From the NCBI GenBank assembly GCA_963718665.1, contig OY970359.1, positions 1,952,001 to 2,016,000 of the forward strand: a DNA stretch of 64,000 nt, read 5' to 3'. Every line of letters starts with the position of its first letter. Positions within the stretch are counted from its first letter, which is position 1. Below the pieces are notes generated by a model. It searched no databases, was not told where the DNA came from, and saw only the letters and a list, made by a program, of their open reading frames with translations. Origin of the DNA: an uncultured Phycisphaerales bacterium (GTDB lineage: Bacteria; Planctomycetota; Phycisphaerae; Sedimentisphaerales; Anaerobacaceae). A program made the translations under genes and the position numbers. This document shows, one piece after another, positions 1 through 6,842 of the stretch.

Positions 1-868
1 AACGGCACTCTCGCCATATTCAGCCAATCGCTCACGCCACGATTTTACACAGGCACAGTTGTTCGCCATTTTGACTCTGCGACAGTTTTTTCAAACCGAC
101 TATCGTGGGATTGTACAGTTGCTGGCGGACTTCACGGACTTGAGAGCTGCGATTGGGTTGTCAAAAATTCCTCACTACACTACCCTTCAAAAAGCACAGC
201 AACGTCTGCTAAAAAAAGGGCTTGGGACAAGCTGTTAGCCGCCATTTTCAGTATTGCCAGCCGCGATGGCTTAATCGAGGAACGCCCCGAGGCATCCATT
301 GATTCGACGGGGCTGGAAAGCCGGTTTGTCAGCCGACATTTTCTAATGCGTCAAGGCAAACATACCCAGCAATATCGCCGATGGACAAAACTTACGGTTG
401 TCTGCCACAATGCCAGCCATCTGATTGCTGCCGGCTTGGTCAGCACTGGTCCCAGCAATGATTGTTCCTACCTTATGCCGGCAGTTTCCCAGGCGGTAAC
501 TAATCTGCCTATAGACCGGCTTTTGGGTGATGCAGGATATGACGCAGAAGCCAACCATAAATTCTGTCGTCAGTATCTCGGCATCCGCTCGACGATTATC
601 GCTATCAACAACCGACGAGGTAAAAAAGGCGAGCTTACAGGCCATTACCGAAATCAAATGAAGAATAACTTCCCGAAACGTAAGTTTGGTCAGCGATGGC
701 AAGTTGAGAGTGTTATGTCTCGCATGAAACGTCGTCTTGGCTACGCCCTTCGTAGCCGAACGAATGAATCTCGCAGTACCGAGTGCGTCATGAGAGTTCT
801 GACCTACAACCTGATGCTTCTCTATTTACTTTTCATAAAGAACTTTTAATTAAAGGTTTCTACAAAGC
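1..868 (+). mobile_element. IS5-family-like insertion sequence (5' part outside window), transposase split over two frames
   Basis: Frame 2 (<2-238) reads ...HDFTQAQLFAIL...DYRG...IPHYTTLQKA. Frame 1 continues with DDE motifs IDSTG, GDAGYD and RWQVESVMSRMKR to a stop at 849. Candidate right end GGTTTCTACAAAGC at 855-868. Confidence 0.85.
2..849 (+). CDS. IS5-like DDE transposase, -1 frameshift at A7G (211-218)
   Basis: Two overlapping frames joined at CTA AAA AAA GGG; DDE residues lie in the downstream frame. Confidence 0.8.
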   Translation, partial: GTLAIFSQSLTPRFYTGTVVRHFDSATVFSNRLSWDCTVAGGLHGLESCDWVVKNSSLHYPSKSTATSAKKRAWDKLLAAIFSIASRDGLIEERPEASIDSTGLESRFVSRHFLMRQGKHTQQYRRWTKLTVVCHNASHLIAAGLVSTGPSNDCSYLMPAVSQAVTNLPIDRLLGDAGYDAEANHKFCRQYLGIRSTIIAINNRRGKKGELTGHYRNQMKNNFPKRKFGQRWQVESVMSRMKRRLGYALRSRTNESRSTECVMRVLTYNLMLLYLLFIKNF

Positions 869-884
869 AATATCAATTCTGTAA

Positions 885-960
885 AAAGTCAATAATGGAC
901 ATCTATTGGACAACAAATGGCATATCTTCTATAGTCAAATATGCATTATGCTATATGATG
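885..960 (+). promoter_or_regulatory. AraC-type operator/promoter box, copy 1
   Basis: AAAGTCAATAATGGACATCTATTGGACAACAAATGGCATA is near-identical to 6715 and 10981; followed by a -10-like TATGCT. Confidence 0.7.
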
Positions 961-1017
961 CCATGCCTTAAAGTAGAGCATCGCCTGTATGAAAAATATT
1001 TCGAGGAAAATAATACG

Positions 1018-1335
1018 ATGAAGGTTATAATTTTCATAATATCGTGGTTATTTATTTCATTAAATTTATCGATTCAAGCCGCCCCTATTAATGTCACTTA
1101 TACCATTAAAACCGATACGGGCCAAACTTTCATAAGCAAATATATTTACGGGTCCAACTGGGGCAACGGCACAAATTATACCATTCAAAGAACCGGCGGT
1201 AACCGATGCACCGCTTATAACTGGGAAAACAACTGGTCCAATGCTGGTTCTGACTGGCATTATGAAAACGACCAGTTTTTTGATCCAATTGAAATAGGGC
1301 TTGGCGGCGTCCACCAGGCATACATAGTTTTATAG
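1018..1335 (+). pseudogene. GH44-like endoglucanase/xyloglucanase N-terminal fragment with signal peptide
   Basis: Signal peptide, then ISKYIYGSN...GGNRCTAYNWENNWSNAGSDW (GH44 N-terminal signature). Similarity ends near 1280. Confidence 0.75.
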
Positions 1336-1387
1336 GTAGGTGTTCGTTTAAGGTGATTTAGTTTAAGGTGATTTAGGAGGAAACATA

Positions 1388-4300
1388 ATGTCAAGGAAAA
1401 TTGTATTCATTTTAGCACTTCTATGTTTTTTGGCTATAAGCAATTCTGCTATAGCTGCCCAGGACAACTGGGTCGGGGCCACCTCGTCCGATTGGTTTGA
1501 CCCCACTAACTGGGGTAGTAATGTGGTGCCGACGATTGGCGATTGGGCGGCCATCCAACCAGGGTCGTTTGAGCCGATAATCAATGGCGATGCGGCCTGC
1601 AGTCCATTGGATATATCACCCTGGTGTTATGGAGGCACCGGCTCAGTCGATGTGAATTCAGGAACTTGTAACTTCGGATCCGCACTCAACTGCGCTACGT
1701 GGGGTGACTTTGACAGCAGCGTCTTAGGCCCGGGCATACTGTATGTACATGGCGGCACGGTAACTACGCAGTCCGATGGTTCTGCAGGTCTTGTTATCGG
1801 CAGTCAGTTTGGTACCACCACCGGCAGGGTAATTATGTACGGCGGACTCATCAGCGTCCCCGCAATCTCGCTGCAAAACGGCGATATTGCCCTGTATGGC
1901 GGAACTCTGGAGTGCATAGGAGACAGCAACTTTAATTTCTCCCTGGTCAGACCCCAAAACAAAATCGATATCAGCGGCGGCACACTGCAACTTGCAGGCA
2001 ACTATTTGATTACCAGTCCGAATCTTCCCGGTCTCATCGCGGGCAAGAGCATTGTGTCCACACGCGGCAACATCGGAATACCTGTATTTGACGGCACCAA
2101 TACAATATTAGTAAGTGACAGCGTCAACATGCTAAGGCCCTGGGGACCTTCGCCGGATATGAACTCGACGAACGTTCATTACAGAGTCGGCGATGTTAAT
2201 GTCGGCATTATGCTCAGTTGGAACAGTGGCAGCGAACCCAACGTCATAAACCATGACGTGTATTTCGGGACATCCACCGCGGACATTAGTGCCGCAACCA
2301 TAACATCACCACAATTCATGCACGAAGTAAATGAAGCCAATGCAGAACCGAACCAGTGGGATGTCAACAATTTCAACTTCAAAACTAATACTAACTACTA
2401 TTGGCGAGTTGATGATAATGCAATCACATCAAACATATACGACGGAAGCGGCAATATTATCGGCTCTAACACCACGCTTTATAAAGGCCTGGTCTGGAAA
2501 TTCACGAGCCATGACGGCAAGGCATACAATCCAAACCCGTATAACGGACGGAATGGCTTAACCGAACCGTTGGCATTAAGCTGGACGAAAGGCGACTTTG
2601 CAACCAGCCACATGGTATTTGTTGGCACGGACAGCGGGACGGTCTACAATGCCAGTAGCACCACTGCTAAAGTTTACAGAAGCACACAGACCGGCACCTC
2701 ATATTCACTTACGGGCTTAGCGACTAACTGGTACGGACCTTTAGTGCCGGGCACAACCTACTGGTGGAAGGTAACGGAAGTTAACAACACAACGAAATGG
2801 GGTTCAACCGGCCTCAGCGGCGTCACTGTACCTGTACTTTGGACCTTTACACCTACGGGGATTATCACCATCGATGACTTTGAAGATTACAACAGCACGG
2901 CTGATGTAAACGCCAACTGGACAATGGGTAATACCATCGCTTCTTGCTACGACTCAGCCTACGGCATGACATTCTCTAATGTAATCCCGAGTGGAACTTT
3001 GAGCTATGCACTCGATTCACTTGGAAAACATGGCAGTTACTACTATAACGCGCAACCATTCTCAGAGGTCTCACGCTTTTACAGCGGCGGCACGATATTC
3101 ACAGGCAACACCAACGTGCTTTCTACGCAGCCCAAGGCCTTAAGAGTAGATTATATCGGGGCCTCGCTTAACGCGGTCGATCCGACTTACAACGTAATGT
3201 ATGTAGCTATCGAAGATACGGCTGGCCATGTCGGCGTGTACCTCAATGACCCCAGCGCCCAACTGGCGACCGCCTGGCAACAATGGTATATCCCTCTCAC
3301 CGACCCCAACTTCACCACCAACGCATATCCGGGGTCTGTGAACATGGCAGCAGTGAGCGCTTTCCACCTCGGCTTTGGTCAGCGTTGTCTCTTCGCCAAC
3401 CCTGGGGGCAGCGCCGGCGACGGCAACGTGATGTTTGACAACATCCGGCTGTATGCCGCGACCTGCAACCCGGCTTTCGCTCCGGCGGCTGATCTGGACG
3501 GCGACTGCGACGTTGACATCAATGATTTGAGCGTCTTCGCGGAAGATTGGCTCCAGAAAGCAGAGTTACGCACCTTCGCTACTATTACGGCACCCGCAAC
3601 ACCGGTACTCTGGTATAAATTTGACGAGACCGGCACAACGACTTCAGTTGTTGATTCCGGCAAGACCGGTGGATATACCGGCACTGTCGTAAATCTTGCT
3701 ACGCAGGGATGGGACGCTACTGACGGCCGTAAAGACCATAATGACTGCCTGTATCTGCCATCGGGTGGAAACAGCTACGTGTCGTGTTCCACATCAGCGT
3801 TAAGCTTTATGGGTGATCCAAATCATGCTACTGATGGCGGCGGCATAACATTCGCAACCTGGATAAATGCAGATTTGACAAATCCTGCGTTTATAAATGG
3901 TTGGGTATACGGCTTTATCGTAGTAAAGGACGTCAACGGCAATGATACAGTGGAAATAGCTTGCCCGCATCACCACAACAACTCTGATTGGAGTGCTAAT
4001 AATGCTTGGGCTGGCTGGGCTAAGATCGCACCGAACGATGGTTTTAGTCTTGGACCAAGCATGCCACCGGCTAACTATGGCGGCCGCTGGAACCACTGGG
4101 CCTTTGTCAAGGCACCCCACACAGTGTCCTGGTACTGTAACGGCAATTTGATAAGTCAGGAAGCCGACACCGACGCGAATGCCGGTGACCCGAATATTTA
4201 CGGACCGTTGTTCCCACTGCCAGTATCTGCATTCACTATCGGCCTTGGAGGTTGGGGTGGAAACTGGGCAGGCAGAATCGCCGACTTCCAGGTTTATGAT

Positions 4301-4480
4301 TATGCTCTGTCAGCCGAGGAAGTAGCTTACCTGGCAACTGATGGTACTGGTACGTTATTAATACCGCTGACCAGCAAAGCCAATCTCAAGAGTTCCGGCA
4401 ATCCGGCAACGGAAATTGTCGACTTCCAGGACTTGGCTGTAATGGGTAATCAGTGGCACACAATCCAATTGTGGCCGTAA
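1388..4480 (+). CDS. Large secreted multidomain protein (FN3-like repeats, CBM-like domain, LamG, dockerin/EF-hand-like motifs)
   Basis: AGGAGG RBS, signal peptide, HDVYFGTS and YYWRVD repeats, IDDFEDY...FDNIRL, ADLDGDCDVDINDL, LamG motifs WNHWAFV and ADFQVYDYALS. Confidence 0.85.
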   Translation: MSRKIVFILALLCFLAISNSAIAAQDNWVGATSSDWFDPTNWGSNVVPTIGDWAAIQPGSFEPIINGDAACSPLDISPWCYGGTGSVDVNSGTCNFGSALNCATWGDFDSSVLGPGILYVHGGTVTTQSDGSAGLVIGSQFGTTTGRVIMYGGLISVPAISLQNGDIALYGGTLECIGDSNFNFSLVRPQNKIDISGGTLQLAGNYLITSPNLPGLIAGKSIVSTRGNIGIPVFDGTNTILVSDSVNMLRPWGPSPDMNSTNVHYRVGDVNVGIMLSWNSGSEPNVINHDVYFGTSTADISAATITSPQFMHEVNEANAEPNQWDVNNFNFKTNTNYYWRVDDNAITSNIYDGSGNIIGSNTTLYKGLVWKFTSHDGKAYNPNPYNGRNGLTEPLALSWTKGDFATSHMVFVGTDSGTVYNASSTTAKVYRSTQTGTSYSLTGLATNWYGPLVPGTTYWWKVTEVNNTTKWGSTGLSGVTVPVLWTFTPTGIITIDDFEDYNSTADVNANWTMGNTIASCYDSAYGMTFSNVIPSGTLSYALDSLGKHGSYYYNAQPFSEVSRFYSGGTIFTGNTNVLSTQPKALRVDYIGASLNAVDPTYNVMYVAIEDTAGHVGVYLNDPSAQLATAWQQWYIPLTDPNFTTNAYPGSVNMAAVSAFHLGFGQRCLFANPGGSAGDGNVMFDNIRLYAATCNPAFAPAADLDGDCDVDINDLSVFAEDWLQKAELRTFATITAPATPVLWYKFDETGTTTSVVDSGKTGGYTGTVVNLATQGWDATDGRKDHNDCLYLPSGGNSYVSCSTSALSFMGDPNHATDGGGITFATWINADLTNPAFINGWVYGFIVVKDVNGNDTVEIACPHHHNNSDWSANNAWAGWAKIAPNDGFSLGPSMPPANYGGRWNHWAFVKAPHTVSWYCNGNLISQEADTDANAGDPNIYGPLFPLPVSAFTIGLGGWGGNWAGRIADFQVYDYALSAEEVAYLATDGTGTLLIPLTSKANLKSSGNPATEIVDFQDLAVMGNQWHTIQLWP

Positions 4481-4514
4481 CAAACGCAACTTGTTAATTA
4501 GTTAGTACTTTCTT

Positions 4515-4559
4515 CGGGGCCTGCAACGCCGAGTTGCGGGGCAGGCCCCGCTTATTTTT
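4515..4559 (+). terminator. Probable rho-independent terminator
   Basis: CGGGGCCTGC...GCAGGCCCCG stem followed by a T-rich tail. Confidence 0.65.
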
Positions 4560-4632
4560 AGGTATGTGTAAATCTTCATTCTTTTGCTGAAGGCACCTTA
4601 TAAAAATGACGCCAAAGCTAAAATGACAGAAT

Positions 4633-4710
4633 CGCGACCGTCTTCGAGTTCCTCACTCCGGCCTTATATGCCGAAAATGGTGGATGTTAAGCAAAAAAAT
4701 GGCGTTCTTT
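4633..4710. repeat. ~75-bp imperfect direct repeat, copy 1 (copy 2 at 6334-6411)
   Basis: Shared core TTATATGCC(G/A)AAAATGGTGGATGTTAAGCAAAAAA. Confidence 0.75.
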
Positions 4711-4876
4711 TTCGTGTCTGCTTCGCTCAAAATATAATGTGTTGTTACATAAAAAAACTGTTTACGTCTATAAAACGCAAAGGGATTGAGCTTTTCTCTA
4801 TGCGCTTTGTGTTTTCTGCCTGCTCTGCGTAGCCATTTGGCGAAACAGGGTGGCCAAAATGGAGCTAAGGATTATT

Positions 4877-5767
4877 ATGAGCAAACGCAATGGGCTTGTC
4901 CACCGCAGCTTGCTTGTGCTCCATAGCAATAACGAAGGAGGAAGCAAAGGTGGATTTACATTAGTTGAACTATTGGTTGTTATCTCCATCATCGCTCTGC
5001 TGATGGCAGTGTTGATGCCTGCGCTGGGCAAAGCGAGAGAACAGGCCAAAATGATCGCCTGCCTTGCAAATCTTAAACAATGGGGTATTATCGCCTATAC
5101 ATACGCTGAAGACAACAACGGCAATTTATGGAGTGGTTCCACCGTACCCGCCGATTATGGATTCTGGTGGCTGGCTCAACTCAGAGAAAAAGACCAGGAC
5201 TGGAAGAGCAACAAAATATGGTTTTGCCCGTCAGCTACGAAACCAATGTTCAATGAAAGCGGCGTATCCACGGGTGCAGTATCTCATTTTAGCGCTTGGG
5301 GTATTGAAACAAAAGCATCTCTTGACCCCACCCTAACCACAGCGCAACTGCCGTTGTTAGGCCAAAACGGAATATCAGGCAGTTATGGCATAAATGGCTA
5401 TGCCTTGAATATGACAACATGGAGCCAAAACTGGAAAACCATAAATGTAAAAGGCGGAGATGTTATCCCGCTTTTTCTGGAAGCTTTGAGATATGACGGA
5501 TGGCCCGTTGAAACAGACGCAGCCGCTCCCGACCCATATACAGCAGTATGGGGCACAGATAGTATGATGGCCAGATATGCAATTAACAGGCACAGAGGAT
5601 ACAACGATGCCGTTTTTATGGACGGCCATGCTAGGAAAGTGGGACTCAAGGAATTGTGGACTTTAAAGTGGAGCCAGACTTTCAATACCGCGGGACCGTG
5701 GACAAAAGCCGGCCATGTCCAGGATTCTTCCTGGCCGGACTGGATAAGAAGTTACCCGGATTATTGA
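4877..5767 (+). CDS. Prepilin-type N-terminal cleavage/methylation protein with H-X9-DG motif (DUF1559-like)
   Basis: [17 protein letters not shown] and C-terminal RHRGYNDAVFMDGH. Confidence 0.9.
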   Translation: MSKRNGLVHRSLLVLHSNNEGGSKGGFTLVELLVVISIIALLMAVLMPALGKAREQAKMIACLANLKQWGIIAYTYAEDNNGNLWSGSTVPADYGFWWLAQLREKDQDWKSNKIWFCPSATKPMFNESGVSTGAVSHFSAWGIETKASLDPTLTTAQLPLLGQNGISGSYGINGYALNMTTWSQNWKTINVKGGDVIPLFLEALRYDGWPVETDAAAPDPYTAVWGTDSMMARYAINRHRGYNDAVFMDGHARKVGLKELWTLKWSQTFNTAGPWTKAGHVQDSSWPDWIRSYPDY

Positions 5768-5848
5768 AATACAATCCGCGTGACCCAATAAGCCTTTGCG
5801 TCTTGTATCTTCGTGGCAAACTTAGGATTATAGTGATTTAGGGTTATT

Positions 5849-6391
5849 ATGAGCAAACGCAACGGGCTTGTCCACCATGGCTTGCCTGTCCTCCATAGCA
5901 ATAGCGAAGGAGGAAGCGAAGGTGGATTTACATTAGTTGAACTATTAGTTGTTATCGCCATCATCGCTCTGCTGATGGCAGTGTTGATGCCCGTGCTGAG
6001 CCGAGCCAGAGAACAGGGAAAACGGGCTGCCTGTCTTTATTATCAGAGGCAATTGACCTCCGCATGGATGATGTACGCTGACGATAACGGCGACAAAATT
6101 GTCTGCGGCGACTCGGAAGAATACGGGGATGCGGATAATCCAGCACCACCACCAGCCAACGATGCTTATAATTCAGCCGGAGACCATTATAGAGACCATG
6201 GGTTAGGAGGAAGCCGTAAAACCATTCTTTTCGTAATTATCGCTTTAATCGCCTCGATTGGGCTCGCCGAATCTTCCGTCCGGCAGCCTGACTCAATGTT
6301 TAAATCTTTCGTATGTCCGCGAGTTTTCAATAACGCGACTCTTTTCAGGTTCTTTACACCCTTATTATATGCCAAAAATGGTGGATGTTAA
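5849..6391 (+). pseudogene. Truncated/chimeric prepilin-type protein (paralog of the 4877 gene)
   Basis: Near-identical 5' ~170 bp; no H-X9-DG motif; the C-terminal third looks like unrelated sequence. Confidence 0.7.
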
Positions 6392-6411
6392 GCAAAAAAC
6401 GGCATTATTTT
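6334..6411. repeat. ~75-bp imperfect direct repeat, copy 2
   Basis: Aligns with 4633-4710; the minus strand reads TTAACA-N16-TATAAT. Confidence 0.75.
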
Positions 6412-6714
6412 TTGAACGTAACTGGTGTATAATATGATATATTATCTCAAGTAATGATATAATCTTAGGACAACGCTTAAAAAAAATAATGTTTCGTCTC
6501 GACTCTTTTAATTATTTGGCGTCAGTAAAAGCTGAAGTCATCTTCTAATTCAAAGTTAAATCCGTCTCATTCTTGATGAAGACATATACCTGTGTCGTCC
6601 AAGGTCAAGAACCAACTCGTGCAAATCGGCCATTTCCGTGAGTTGACCGAGCACTTTTTTGCTCTCTTCAATGTCTATCCCCCTTGTTGGCTTGACCTTT
6701 ATGAAATCTTTGGC

Positions 6715-6790
6715 AAAGTCAATAATAGACATCTATTGGGCAACAAATGGCATATCTTCTATAGTCAAATTGTGTTATACTATATAATAC
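6715..6790 (+). promoter_or_regulatory. AraC-type operator/promoter box, copy 2
   Basis: 56 bp nearly identical to 885-940, then TATACT/TATAAT -10 candidates. Confidence 0.7.
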
Positions 6791-6842
6791 TATGACATTC
6801 ACATGTGTCTTTCGGGTGGGCTAGTTTTTTGGAGTTTTGGTG

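Noticed and set aside
895..1017. Upstream extension of the 895-1335 ORF, and ORF 6592-6795
   Set aside because: These are translations of the operator/promoter box; the real start is ATG 1018 after GAGG.
1346..1375. 15-bp tandem duplication GTTTAAGGTGATTTA before the LamG gene RBS
   Set aside because: Only two units; most simply a local slippage duplication.
4580..4640. c-di-GMP-I riboswitch (GACGCCAAAGC resemblance)
   Set aside because: Lacks the GGCAAA/GNRA P2 stem architecture.
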